Position numbers and translations under genes: made by a program. From assembly GCA_043719295.1 (NCBI GenBank), contig JAYSUD010000001.1, forward strand, positions 28,943 to 92,942: a stretch of DNA of 64,000 nucleotides. Direction: 5' to 3'. Of this stretch, positions 29,872-40,012 are shown piece by piece; position 1 is the stretch's first letter; the number at the start of each line of letters is the position of its first letter. Origin of the DNA: a bacterium. GTDB lineage: Bacteria; Patescibacteriota; Minisyncoccia; Phycocordibacterales; UBA918. Below the pieces are notes generated by a model. The model did no database searches. It was given only the letters and a program-made list of their open reading frames with translations, and was not told the DNA's origin.

Positions 29872-31350
29872 ATGAGAGCTCTTGTTAGTATTATCATCTT
29901 CACGTTACTCTATCTGCCTTTTTCTGCGTCGGTTACTTTTGCGGTTGATACTGAAGCTCCAGAGATTTCTAATGTAAAAATTGCGTCAACAACTGACAAT
30001 GCGATTACCGTTACGTGGGAAACTGATGAGGATTCAGACTCCTTAATTAACTATGGCTTTCAAGAAGACTACGGAATTGTGCGTGTACCTGAAGCAGATA
30101 AAAAGGCACACACAATAACACTTGATAACCTTGATCCAGGACGCGTCTATTACTTTCGAGTAGTATCAGCCGATGGTGAAGGGAACCAAGGAATTTCAGC
30201 TGACTATAAAGTGCAAACAACCGGAACTCCTCAAGCTATGGGAGAAGGGCAGGCAGATGGACAAGGGGAAGGGCAAGCAACTCCAACGCCACAAGATGTT
30301 CAAAAAATTCAAGAAATAATTAAAGAGATAAAAGATCCTAAACAGCTTGAAGAGATTCTCAATGAAACCGTTAAAGCAATTCAGGGTATTACTGAAGACT
30401 TAACTATTGTCGGTCCACCGACAGTAATTCCAGAAACTACAACTGCGCTCGTTAAGTGGACAACTGACCGTGAAGCAAACTCGACCGTATTTTTCTCTTC
30501 AACAGATGAATATGTCCCAGGCAGTTATGTGTACTCTCAAGCAAGTACTAACGGTGTTACCACAGACCACGAGGTTCGACTTATCGGACTTACCTCATTT
30601 ACCGAATACCACTTTAAAGTTGTTTCAACTGATGCGGTAAATATAACTGGTGAAAGTCGTGACTATACATTCAAAACAAAGGCATCACTTCCTGAAATTC
30701 GAAACTTACGAATTATTAAAGTAGAAGAAAACTCCGCAACGCTTGCATGGGATACAACCGTTCCTGCAAAAGCACTTGTTGAATACCAAGACTTATCAAC
30801 GGGGGGTCAAAACTCAAAAGGACGACCAACCCTCGCCACAACACATCAGATGCGTATTGATGATCTTACCTTGGGTACGCGGTACTTGGCATTTGTGACT
30901 GCAGAAAACGGAGGAGGAGATAGAGTAAAAAGCCAACCTATTACGTTCATTACGGTTAAAGATAATGCACCACCAATCATTAGTAACGTAACCAATGAAT
31001 CAACACTGTTCCCAGGAGGTGATTCACGTGTCCAGAGTATTGTTGAGTGGAAAACAGATGAAGCTTCTTCGTGTGTGATGACGTATCGTGAAGGAGTTGC
31101 AGGAGGAGTTGAGCCAACAGTTATTGAACAAGTGTCAATTTCATATACCGATAAACACGTTGAGGTAATTGTTGATTTTGCACCTGCTACCGTGTATCAA
31201 TTCTGGTTAAACTGTAGTGATGAAGCAGGGAATGCTGTTCAGTCGGAAAACTTTGTGCTCTTTACTCCAATACAAGAAAAAAACATTATTGACTTGATTC
31301 TTGAAAACTTCCAGTCAACGTTCGGATGGGTTAAGAATATTGGGGCGTAA
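29872..31350 (+). CDS. Secreted multi-FN3-domain protein
   Basis: Signal peptide; four W.TD.....V.Y...H...L..L.....Y.F.V domains (FN3 / purple acid phosphatase N-terminal-like); amphipathic C-terminal IIDLILENFQSTFGW. Confidence 0.78.
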   Translation: MRALVSIIIFTLLYLPFSASVTFAVDTEAPEISNVKIASTTDNAITVTWETDEDSDSLINYGFQEDYGIVRVPEADKKAHTITLDNLDPGRVYYFRVVSADGEGNQGISADYKVQTTGTPQAMGEGQADGQGEGQATPTPQDVQKIQEIIKEIKDPKQLEEILNETVKAIQGITEDLTIVGPPTVIPETTTALVKWTTDREANSTVFFSSTDEYVPGSYVYSQASTNGVTTDHEVRLIGLTSFTEYHFKVVSTDAVNITGESRDYTFKTKASLPEIRNLRIIKVEENSATLAWDTTVPAKALVEYQDLSTGGQNSKGRPTLATTHQMRIDDLTLGTRYLAFVTAENGGGDRVKSQPITFITVKDNAPPIISNVTNESTLFPGGDSRVQSIVEWKTDEASSCVMTYREGVAGGVEPTVIEQVSISYTDKHVEVIVDFAPATVYQFWLNCSDEAGNAVQSENFVLFTPIQEKNIIDLILENFQSTFGWVKNIGA

Positions 31351-31793
31351 AAATGAGCAAACGAGCGTAGCGATTATTGCGAATTTTCGTCCAACTTTCC
31401 GCTGTTGCCCGAGAACCTAGTTCATATGTGTAGCGACAGCGGAAGATATGAACTAGGTTCAGCGGAAAGTTCTGGACGTCTCCAACGCTTAGATAACCCT
31501 CGACCTTTCTCAATTTCGAAGATGTGGATACAAAGTAGGTTTGTTTTGGATGAGTGTGTTTTAATAGACGAATAGAAAAGTGTAGACGTATTTGATTGTA
31601 TCTAGCAAATTGAGCGCGATATGCGTTTGAGGGTTCCAGCAGTTTCTGCTCACCTTGCGTTGGAGACGTCCAGCAGTTTCCGCCGAGAGAACTTTAGAAC
31701 TCAGCTAACGCTGAGGTTCGAAAGTTCTCTCTAGGGCAAGGCGGAAACTGGGACAGGAATTCAAAATAGTCACTACGTTCCTTTTTTCATTTC
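31351..31793. repeat. Family B composite (forward unit, spacer, reverse unit) ending at the next ATG
   Basis: AAATGAGCAAACGAGCGTAGCG...GGACGTCTCCAACGCT forward; GCGTTGGAGACGTCCAGCAGTTTCCGCC...GGCGGAAACTGGGAC reverse. Confidence 0.85.
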
Positions 31794-33116
31794 ATGGCTA
31801 AACCCCTCATCATCTGTCGTAACTTGGACATTACCTATAACAAGGGTAAGTCAAATGAATTTAAGGCGCTTGTGAATGCAAGTACTGATATTTATGAGGG
31901 TGAGTACATCATTCTCTTTGGTGCTTCGGGTTCGGGGAAATCTACACTGATGTACGCTATTCAGGGATCACTACCACCAGGAGGAGGGACGATGCTTATT
32001 GGTGGGGAAGACATCTATTCAATTCCCGTTGATGATAGAATCTACTTTCAGCGGTACGTGATGGGAATTATTTTCCAGTCGTTTAACCTCATTGGTTCGT
32101 TGTCAGTTCTTGATAACGTGGCACTCCCTATGATTTTCTGTAATGCTGATAAACCAACACGCGAACGTCGTGCGCAATCGCTCCTTGAACGTTTCGGAGT
32201 GGGTCACGTATCACATAAAATCCCGTCCATGCTTTCAGGAGGTCAGCAACAGCGTGTGTCTGTTGCCCGTTCGATGGTTAACGATCCAAAAATTCTCTTG
32301 GCTGACGAACCCACAGGAAACCTCGACTCTGTTTCAACACAACAAGTAATGGATAAAATTGATGAGATTAATACGTTCGATAAACGTACTATTATCATGG
32401 TGTCGCACAACGCCGCACACTTAAGTTACGCACACCGCGTGTATTACCTTAAAGATGGGTACATTGTTCGTGAGGTAGTAAATCCACAACGTAAACAAAT
32501 TAAACCGGTAAAAGAAGGCGAGACTATTGTGACGGAACTTGAACAGCTCGCGCGATTGTATCCATACGACTCTATTGAATCACTCCGTGTTAAGAGTTTA
32601 GTTAACTATGTGACACAAGACTATACATTTAGTCAGATTGAACGTCTTGAGCGTGCGTTGGAGTATTTTATTGGAGGGAAAATAGACGATGTGGCAGCAA
32701 TAAAGATGATGATGTCGCCGTATGAACGGGGAGGTATTGGTATTCCTGAAAAAGAAGCTAAACGGATGCTTCATGTTGCAAGTAAAATGCTTTCTCAAGC
32801 AGACGACATTAGACGATTCCGAAAGCAGTATGATCAAGCGCATACTTTTTTTGATCAACATAAGCTTTCAGAACGCCTCCGCGATCACTTGCTCTACGCA
32901 CACCACATGAAACTAACTAAGAAACAAGATGAGAATCTTGTGGAGGTAATTGCCGATAGAGTGGTTGGCGTTTCAGGTGAAGATGATTTTCATGAACGCT
33001 TAGGTAAAACAGTCTCACAAGGTGGGCTTGCGTTATCAAGAGATGAGCAAGATAGCATCACGAGGTATTTTGAGAAGATTATTGCGCAGGGGGTTGACGT
33101 TAGTTATAAGAATTAG
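31794..33116 (+). CDS. ABC transporter ATP-binding protein (LolD/MacB-like) with about 200-aa C-terminal extension
   Basis: Walker A GASGSGKST, Q-loop IFQSFNL, signature LSGGQQQR, Walker B LLADEPTGNLD, H-loop VSH. Confidence 0.92.
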   Translation: MAKPLIICRNLDITYNKGKSNEFKALVNASTDIYEGEYIILFGASGSGKSTLMYAIQGSLPPGGGTMLIGGEDIYSIPVDDRIYFQRYVMGIIFQSFNLIGSLSVLDNVALPMIFCNADKPTRERRAQSLLERFGVGHVSHKIPSMLSGGQQQRVSVARSMVNDPKILLADEPTGNLDSVSTQQVMDKIDEINTFDKRTIIMVSHNAAHLSYAHRVYYLKDGYIVREVVNPQRKQIKPVKEGETIVTELEQLARLYPYDSIESLRVKSLVNYVTQDYTFSQIERLERALEYFIGGKIDDVAAIKMMMSPYERGGIGIPEKEAKRMLHVASKMLSQADDIRRFRKQYDQAHTFFDQHKLSERLRDHLLYAHHMKLTKKQDENLVEVIADRVVGVSGEDDFHERLGKTVSQGGLALSRDEQDSITRYFEKIIAQGVDVSYKN

Positions 33117-33205
33117 TGGGCAACTCAAGTCTTGCTGTTTCTGGGGATACTGCGAGTACATAGAAAGTACTTGTGTGGTGTAATAGAGGAATAAAGGTAA
33201 GTGCT

Positions 33206-33343
33206 AGCGTTGGAGACGTCCAGCAGTTTCCGCCGAGAGAACTTTAGAACACAGCTAGCGCTGAGGTTCAAAAGTCCTCTCTAGGGCAAGGCGGAAACTG
33301 GGACAGAAGTTCAAAATAGTCATTACATTCCTTTTTTCACTTC
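33206..33343 (-). repeat. Family B unit (reverse) abutting the permease start codon
   Basis: Near-identical to 31657-31793, ending TTTTTCACTTC-ATG. Confidence 0.87.
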
Positions 33344-34552
33344 ATGCGAATACAAGATCTTGCACAACTGTCTACTCGAGCCTTTAAAACGAACCCAATG
33401 CGTACGTGGTTGACGATTTTAGGTATGGGAGTTGGAACAGGGGCTGTGGTAATTTTGGTAGGTCTAGGGTTTGGACTTCAGCAAATTATTCTTGAGCAGA
33501 TTGTGTTCGGAGAAACACTTTTGTCACTTGGTGTTTCGGCAACAGGGGCTCAAAATTTGAAACTTACTCAAGAGACAGTTGCGCAGTTTGAAGCAAATGA
33601 ACACGTGCTTGACGCTGCACCTTTGGCTCGTTTCCCGGCACTTGTTACCTATAAAGGGTTAACAGGAAATGTGTTCATTCAAGGGGTAGAGCCACCGTAC
33701 ATTCGCTATGCAGGAGTGGTCGCTGGAGCAGGTAAAGTATTTACCGATGAAGATGCAGAAAATACAACTGAGATTATGCTTTCTCCAGCGGTATTGAAGC
33801 TTTTTGGTATTGAAGATGAAAAAACATTTATTGGTGAAAAAGTAAAATTTAGAATCTTGGTACCTGCTGAAGATGGAACAGATCAGGTGGATGAAGTTTT
33901 TATTGATAAAGAATATACCGTTAAAGGTATTACAAAAGAACAAGGGGTACTTAATGCAATGATGATGCTTCCTGAACTTCGAAGTCATATTGGTATTGAA
34001 GAGTTTGAACGGGTGCAAGTACGTGTTGATACCAATGAATTTTTGGGAGTTGTAGAAAAAGAACTTATTGAAGCAGGCTACCGAGTAACTGCACTTTCAA
34101 AAACTGTAGAGCAAGCATCAAAGATTTTCCAAGGTGTGCAGATTGTGCTTGCAACATTTGGAGGTATTGCCCTTATGGTGTCTGCTATTGGTATGTTTAA
34201 CACGATGACGGTGACACTTCTTGAGCGTACAAAAGAAATTGGAATTATGCGTACTATTGGCGCGTCACCGTCTGACATCAAGTGGCTCTTTGTTTCTGAA
34301 TCAATTGTAGTAGGTTTTCTAGGAGGAGTTTCAGGTATTGTAATGGGGGTGACGCTTGGTCTCATTATTAACCTCATGCTTAACCTAGCTGCGGGGCAAT
34401 TCGGTGGCCAATCAGTTCGACTGTTTGCCTTTCCATTAAATTTCCTTGTTTTTATTGCATTGTTCTCTGCAGGAGTTGGCTACTTAACAGGAATTTTCCC
34501 CGCAAAAAGAGCTGCGTCTTTAAATCCTTTAGATGCAATTAGGTATGAATAG
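33344..34552 (+). CDS. ABC transporter permease, MacB/FtsX family
   Basis: RTWLTILGMGVG, extracytoplasmic domain, IGMFNTM...LERTKEIGIMR.IGA, PAKRAASLNPLDAIRYE. Confidence 0.93.
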   Translation: MRIQDLAQLSTRAFKTNPMRTWLTILGMGVGTGAVVILVGLGFGLQQIILEQIVFGETLLSLGVSATGAQNLKLTQETVAQFEANEHVLDAAPLARFPALVTYKGLTGNVFIQGVEPPYIRYAGVVAGAGKVFTDEDAENTTEIMLSPAVLKLFGIEDEKTFIGEKVKFRILVPAEDGTDQVDEVFIDKEYTVKGITKEQGVLNAMMMLPELRSHIGIEEFERVQVRVDTNEFLGVVEKELIEAGYRVTALSKTVEQASKIFQGVQIVLATFGGIALMVSAIGMFNTMTVTLLERTKEIGIMRTIGASPSDIKWLFVSESIVVGFLGGVSGIVMGVTLGLIINLMLNLAAGQFGGQSVRLFAFPLNFLVFIALFSAGVGYLTGIFPAKRAASLNPLDAIRYE

Positions 34553-34584
34553 GGTATATCCTGTTTATAACACAGCTGGTAAAA

Positions 34585-34626
34585 TGTGTATAACTCTGCA
34601 TCTTTTCGTAAAGTTTTAGTTACAAT
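34585..34626 (+). promoter_or_regulatory. DnaA-box-like 9-mer plus -10 element
   Basis: TGTGTATAA at 34585-34593, 27 nt, TACAAT at 34621-34626. Confidence 0.6.
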
Positions 34627-34646
34627 ACTAGTAGTTACTAATATTT

Positions 34647-36500
34647 ATGTCGTACAACATGAAAGAGCTGCCACAATACATCAACACGGCAGGTAAAATA
34701 ACCGTCATCACATCACTTCTTGGAGTGGTTGCTTTTGCAGTTGTCTTCCTGCTTAACATCGGAGCTCAAGAGCTTCGTCAAGCAGAGGCACAAGGAATGG
34801 CGACAACAACTGTCACGGTTTTAAACACTCCTCCGCAATGGACGGTTGACGCAAGAGAATCAACTCCTTCATCTACAACAACCCCAACAAACTCAGGTTC
34901 TGTTATTACTTGGCGAGCAATTGCAACTGACTCGAACGCAGAAAGTTATTACCTGTTGGTTTGTAATAATGGTAACGCGCCAACAGCAAACCCAGCAGCA
35001 GTACCAACGTGTGGAGCTGGTGCAGTACGATGGGCAGTATCTTCCTTTACAGCAAGTGCAGCCCAAGCAAGTGCAGCAACAACAACAACCGAAGCATTTG
35101 CTGAATCAAATGCATGGTTTGCCTGGATTTGTGACGCAGTTGCAGTAAGTCCAAGATGCAACTCTCTTTTCAAACAAGGAACAGGTTCAACTTCTTCTCC
35201 GTTTAACGTAAACCACCGACCAACATTTACCGTATTTGCAGATAACTCACCTGCACTTCCTGGTGCAACAGTAAGCTTTACCTCAACTGCATCTGATGCG
35301 GATACAGTGACGTCGTCTGACACCGTTAAACTCTATGTCTGTTCAACTGCAGTATTTGCAACATCAACTGACACGTGTGGAGGTCTTCTACTTGCTAGTT
35401 CTACACTCTCAGCATCTAATCCAACAGCGAACTATGTCATTCCAATTCCAACACAAGATCAGAACTATGGAGCTTTTGGATACATTGTTGACAATCATGG
35501 CCATGAAGCTTCTGGAGGATCCCAGGCATCAAACTCAATTTTGACTGTTTCTAATGCAACTCCATCTGTAACCGCAGCTCAGATTACTCTTAACGGGGGA
35601 ATTGACATGACGTTAGCTGTAGAAGCAGGTCAAACAACGGGTTACACACTTCAGTATGTAGCTACCGATAACAATAGTTGCCAAAATGCATCCGCAGGAA
35701 GAGAAATAACTCGAAATATTGTTTCAGTGTATCGATCAGGTATTGGATCAACTACGTGTAATGGTAGCGCGGGTGCGTATAATGCAAACAACTGTTACGG
35801 AAGTAGAATCGCAACATCAACTTGGAACCTATCATGTACAGCCTCAACTACAAGTTGTGGAGGGGCAGCTGACACAACTCAGATTTTCGATTGTACGTTC
35901 CCGCTTTGGTATATCGCTGACCCAACTGACGGTACTGCAACAAGTACTCAATATTCAGCACAAGATTGGAGAGCCGCAGTATCAGCAATTGATGACAATA
36001 GTGCAACAAGTTCATTCACGCAAAGTTCAACTGCAAACATTGACGTATTAAGTTATCTATCAATGGCACTTAACACTCTTGCTATACCGTATGGTTCACT
36101 TGAGCCAGGGCAAAGGACTGACCCTCTGGCTGCAACAACCACAATTTCCGCAACAGGTAACGTCGGTCTTGATGAGCGACTAACAGGAGAATCAATGTGT
36201 ACGTACTACACTTCAGCAGTAAGTTGTAACAACTCTGCAACATCAACAGTCGCCGATTTCAATCAGGTATTTGGAACCTCTTCTGTAACGTATGGCTTTG
36301 CAACTTCAGCTGGAAGAACACTTTCATCAACCACACAAAAAGAACTTGAGATTAACGTTAAGAAGTCTACAACAACATTGACACAGGCTACAGGAAGAAC
36401 ATATTGGGGTATTAACATCCCTGCAACTATTACACTCGCAGGTTCATATACAGGTGAAAACACATTCTACGCAGTTGTTGGAGAGTCTGCATTCTGGTAA
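34647..36500 (+). CDS. Secreted Thr/Cys-rich surface protein sharing its C-terminal domain with the 5628-aa giant
   Basis: N-terminal TM/signal ending AEA; paired Cys; C-terminal YRSG...NNCY...ADPTD...YGSL...GNV..D...YWGI.IP...G.N.FYAV. Confidence 0.78.
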   Translation: MSYNMKELPQYINTAGKITVITSLLGVVAFAVVFLLNIGAQELRQAEAQGMATTTVTVLNTPPQWTVDARESTPSSTTTPTNSGSVITWRAIATDSNAESYYLLVCNNGNAPTANPAAVPTCGAGAVRWAVSSFTASAAQASAATTTTEAFAESNAWFAWICDAVAVSPRCNSLFKQGTGSTSSPFNVNHRPTFTVFADNSPALPGATVSFTSTASDADTVTSSDTVKLYVCSTAVFATSTDTCGGLLLASSTLSASNPTANYVIPIPTQDQNYGAFGYIVDNHGHEASGGSQASNSILTVSNATPSVTAAQITLNGGIDMTLAVEAGQTTGYTLQYVATDNNSCQNASAGREITRNIVSVYRSGIGSTTCNGSAGAYNANNCYGSRIATSTWNLSCTASTTSCGGAADTTQIFDCTFPLWYIADPTDGTATSTQYSAQDWRAAVSAIDDNSATSSFTQSSTANIDVLSYLSMALNTLAIPYGSLEPGQRTDPLAATTTISATGNVGLDERLTGESMCTYYTSAVSCNNSATSTVADFNQVFGTSSVTYGFATSAGRTLSSTTQKELEINVKKSTTTLTQATGRTYWGINIPATITLAGSYTGENTFYAVVGESAFW

Positions 36501-36599
36501 AAAACATTCGCAGCAAAACAGTTAGTTATTAGCTGTAATCTTCTTGCGTTCTTAAGGTTTATTGTTGATAATTAACACGTCAAACCCGCAACACTAAAA

Positions 36600-37544
36600 A
36601 TGAAATTTGTTAAATTATTTTGCATAGGGTTGCTCCTTTTTACCCAATTGGGAGCACCATTTGCATTGGCAGGTTTCGGTGTTACTCCCCCCTACGTTCG
36701 TAATACAAGCCTCACACGAAACTCTACTTATGAGCAACAAATTCTTCTAGTTAGAGGAGATCCTGCCTTTCCACTTAAAGCAACAGTAATTGTTGATGCA
36801 CCAGAAATCTTAACGTGGATTGAAATTGTTGAAGGGACTGAGTTTGAGCTTCCAAAAGGTGAACAAAAAGTTCCAATGACCGTGCGAATCAAGGTCCCGA
36901 AAGATGCAGAGTTTAAAAACTATACTGGAGCAATTCGTGTCAAAACAGGTGCATCAAACGATGCAGTCGCGTCAGGTGCCGTTAATATTTCTTTGGGTGC
37001 ACAGATTGATATTGAGCTTGATGTCATTGATAAAGAGATTAAAGATTTTCGTATTCAGAAGATTGGAATATCTGACTTAAATGCAGGTCACAAATTCGCA
37101 TGGCTCTACTTCCCAGGAAAGATCAATTTTAATATGCTTGTAGAGAATATTGGTAACGTTGACGTCGCTCCTTCAAAAGTAACGTTCAGCATCTTTGACG
37201 CAACTGGAAACGTACTTCTTGAAGATATTAAAAATAAAGGCTCAATCAAAGAAGTAGCCCCGTATGGAGCAGAACAAGTAACGGCATCACTTCCAACACG
37301 ATTACCACCAGGTACCTACATAGCGCGATATAAGATTTTTAACGATGACGACATCAAACAAGAGGGTGAGGTTAATGTAAACGTACTGCCGTACGGGACA
37401 TTACAAGTTGCAGGTTTTGGTTTTATAGGTCTTTCACTTGCACATCAGATTTCTGTTATTCTCCCAATCCTCGCACTCTTGTCAATTATAATCTTTACCA
37501 TATACACAGTTAAGGAGCGTCGACTAAGAAAAAATGCCGTATAA
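36600..37544 (+). CDS. DUF916/WxLIP-like membrane protein (divergent)
   Basis: Signal peptide; FGVTPP, WIEI...FELPKGE.KVP+TV...VP.DA...YTG.I, ENIGNV...P, PGTY.A; C-terminal TM plus basic tail. Confidence 0.55.
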   Translation: MKFVKLFCIGLLLFTQLGAPFALAGFGVTPPYVRNTSLTRNSTYEQQILLVRGDPAFPLKATVIVDAPEILTWIEIVEGTEFELPKGEQKVPMTVRIKVPKDAEFKNYTGAIRVKTGASNDAVASGAVNISLGAQIDIELDVIDKEIKDFRIQKIGISDLNAGHKFAWLYFPGKINFNMLVENIGNVDVAPSKVTFSIFDATGNVLLEDIKNKGSIKEVAPYGAEQVTASLPTRLPPGTYIARYKIFNDDDIKQEGEVNVNVLPYGTLQVAGFGFIGLSLAHQISVILPILALLSIIIFTIYTVKERRLRKNAV

Positions 37545-37547
37545 CGT

Positions 37548-38684
37548 ATGTATGCAACATTGTACGCTTTCAACAAAATTGTAGTTGCATTGCTCATAAT
37601 TCTTTTTCTCGTACAGCCACTTAATTCATTTGCTCAGATAAGCCCAGGGTACGTTTCAACTACTACTTTTACCTTAAGTATTTGCGGAAATGTGCTAGTG
37701 GATGACGGTGAGGAGTGTGATGTGCTTGGAGAAACTGGTGGATACAGCACTACTATCATAGGGCGTCAGTGTGATGTTGATTGTCAGTATGGACCCTACT
37801 GTGGTGATGCAATTTTACAGACTATTTTTGGTGAGGAATGTGACGACGGAAACAATGCTGATGCCGATTTTTGTAGTGCTGAATGTACCATTGAACCAGC
37901 AGGAAGTGGCGGTGGAGGCTCTTCAGGAGGTGGAAGTGGGGGAAGTGGAGGAAGTACTGAAGATCTAGGAGATACAAAAGTGAGTATTACCGGAAGGGGG
38001 TTTCCAAGTCAAACAGTACACGTTCTTTTGGATTCAAGAGAAATAAGTACGGTTCGTGCAGATAGCACAGGTAAATTTACCTTTGCAACAAATGCATCTC
38101 CTGGGACTGTCTCTATGGGTTTTTGGTCACTTGACCTCAATAGAATTAAATCAATTACCTACAATACAACGTTCGATGTAACGCAAGGAGCAATTACAAA
38201 CGTTAATAGTGTTTTGATTCCTCCAACACTTGCAGTTGATAAAGCAGTATTGAATTCTGGCGACACTATAAACTTCAGTGGTCAGACAATACCAAACACA
38301 AAAGTTGAAGTGCATATTAATAACAGTGAAAAAGTACTCACGACAACTTCAGGTGCCAACGGTGTTTGGACAGTACCGTATGTCACAACTGGTTTAAGCA
38401 ACAAAGAGCATACCGCACGCGCACGTTTTATTTTGGGTGCTGGTACACTAACCACACAAAGTAGTTTTAGTACCACGCTGCAGCTTGCTGTGGGGGTTGC
38501 AGGTCGTTCCTCAACACCATCAGACTTGAATCGAGATGGAAACATAAATCTTACTGACTTTTCTATTTTAATTTTCTGGTGGGGAAAAGACGGCGGTAAC
38601 TCAGATCCAAAAGCCGACATCAACGGAAATGGAAATGTAGGCCTAGAAGACTTTTCGATCTTACTATTCAACTGGACGGGCTAA
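37548..38684 (+). CDS. Secreted protein with Myxococcus-type Cys-rich repeats, Gly linker, Ig-like domains and C-terminal dockerin
   Basis: CGN...GEECD and CGD...EECDDGN...CSAEC (DUF4215-like); DLNRDGNINLTDFSIL / DINGNGNVGLEDFSILLFNWTG. Confidence 0.82.
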   Translation: MYATLYAFNKIVVALLIILFLVQPLNSFAQISPGYVSTTTFTLSICGNVLVDDGEECDVLGETGGYSTTIIGRQCDVDCQYGPYCGDAILQTIFGEECDDGNNADADFCSAECTIEPAGSGGGGSSGGGSGGSGGSTEDLGDTKVSITGRGFPSQTVHVLLDSREISTVRADSTGKFTFATNASPGTVSMGFWSLDLNRIKSITYNTTFDVTQGAITNVNSVLIPPTLAVDKAVLNSGDTINFSGQTIPNTKVEVHINNSEKVLTTTSGANGVWTVPYVTTGLSNKEHTARARFILGAGTLTTQSSFSTTLQLAVGVAGRSSTPSDLNRDGNINLTDFSILIFWWGKDGGNSDPKADINGNGNVGLEDFSILLFNWTG

Positions 38685-38807
38685 AGCGCAAAAAACAAAC
38701 TCATCTACTTCGTTGCGATGCAGAAATTTTTCTTCAATGTACTCAATGTACACCTCAGAAAAACTTCTTTCCGCGCCTCGTATCTAAGTCTGTTTTTTGT
38801 GCTTTAG
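38681..38807 (+). repeat. Family A nested-hairpin element
   Basis: Outer IR CTAAAGCGCAAAAAACA/TGTTTTTTGTGCTTTAG; CATCTACTTCGTTGCG...GTAC-loop-GTAC...CGCGCCTCGTATCT. Confidence 0.82.
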
Positions 38808-38810
38808 TGA

Positions 38811-39310
38811 AATGAGCCACAGAGCGCAGCGACAATGGCGAATTTCGTTCCCAATTTTATGCTGCTGCCCGAGAACATACTGTAGAACCTCGGCGTTAGC
38901 CGTGTTCTACAGTATGTTCAGCAGAAAATGAGAACTCTCAAATGCTAAATTTACTCAGTCTGTTGTAGCGACAATGGCAAATTTCCGTCCCAATTTTCGC
39001 GTTGACCAAGAGTTCTGTTCTGAGCCTCGGCGTAAGCCGTGCTCTGAATAGAACTCAGCGGAAATTGCTGGACGTCTCTATAATTCCAGTTAACTCAGTC
39101 TGTTGTAGCGACTATTACGAACTTTACCTAATTTTCAACGACCTTAAGGGAGTATGAAAATGGATATACCCTTGTGGTGCCGTCCCAATTTCAGCGTTGC
39201 CCGAGAGTGAGTAGTAGAACCTTGGCGTTAGCAGTGTTCTACGAAGCACGGAGCAGAAAATCTTGCGTCCCAAACGCTATGGAATCTCTGTCTACTGTAG
39301 CGACTGTGGC
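38811..39310 (+). repeat. Family B tandem units (forward arm)
   Basis: AATGAGCCACAGAGCGCAGCGACAATGGCGAATT start; three CCT(C/T)GGCGT.AGC.GTG hairpins with different stems; repeated CTC.GTCT..TGTAGCGAC linker. Confidence 0.85.
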
Positions 39311-39357
39311 AAAAAAATTGATCGTCTGCACCCCTCCCTCCACTAATGACTTTATAT

Positions 39358-39381
39358 ATTACTCCAATCGATTGGAGTAAT
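39358..39381. promoter_or_regulatory. Perfect palindrome at the 3' end of the TrpR-like gene
   Basis: ATTACTCCAATCGATTGGAGTAAT (24 bp). Confidence 0.7.
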
Positions 39382-39791
39382 TAAGAGCGTATACCTTTGT
39401 ACCTATCGAGACCGACACGGTGGGGTATTATGCCTCCGGCATGTAAGAGTGAATCTACGACTTCAAGGATCGCTATATAAACCTCGAGATGATTTTTAAG
39501 TGTTTTTGTTACTTCTACATAAGCATCACCACTTCTCCTTGCCTGTATGTTTTTTATTGTAGATTGACTTAGTTTTAAAGTTTCAGCTATACGATAACTT
39601 GAATACCCCTCTTTAAGCATCACAATAACAGCAAGTCGTTTAGCGAGCATCAATCGTTCCTCAGGTCCAATCAGTCCATTGAGAAATACACTGATTTTAT
39701 CAGGTGCTAGTTCTCCTAAAACTGTATCCAATTGTTTGTTCAAACTTTTGATGTTCTTGGCAGGGAGTAAATTTTTATTTATGCGTACCAT
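39381..39791 (-). CDS. TrpR/YerC/YecD-like helix-turn-helix protein
   Basis: FL..L....ER.MLAKRLA+..ML.EGYS...IA..LK+S.STI motif. Only minus-strand gene inside the envelope locus. Confidence 0.8.
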   Translation of the reverse strand: MVRINKNLLPAKNIKSLNKQLDTVLGELAPDKISVFLNGLIGPEERLMLAKRLAVIVMLKEGYSSYRIAETLKLSQSTIKNIQARRSGDAYVEVTKTLKNHLEVYIAILEVVDSLLHAGGIIPHRVGLDRYKGIRS

Positions 39792-39806
39792 GTACTAAGT
39801 ATAATA

Positions 39807-39826
39807 TACTCCAATCGATTGGAGTA
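39807..39826. promoter_or_regulatory. Perfect palindrome, candidate operator upstream of the TrpR-like gene
   Basis: TACTCCAATCGATTGGAGTA, next to a minus-strand TATACT (39803-39798), 15 nt from the ATG. Confidence 0.72.
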
Positions 39827-40012
39827 ACAGTTTTTATGCTAGTTCTAGTATCGTTTTATAAGTTCAATTAATTTTGTTGAGATTTTGTGTAAGATAATTG
39901 AACCAACAAATTGGTATGGTATGTGAAATGTAATTGGTATCACTGCACACATCTGTATCTCTCTCTAAACTAAATCTCGAATTTTGAGTCAAAAGAAAAT
40001 GAGTTCTGTTGA

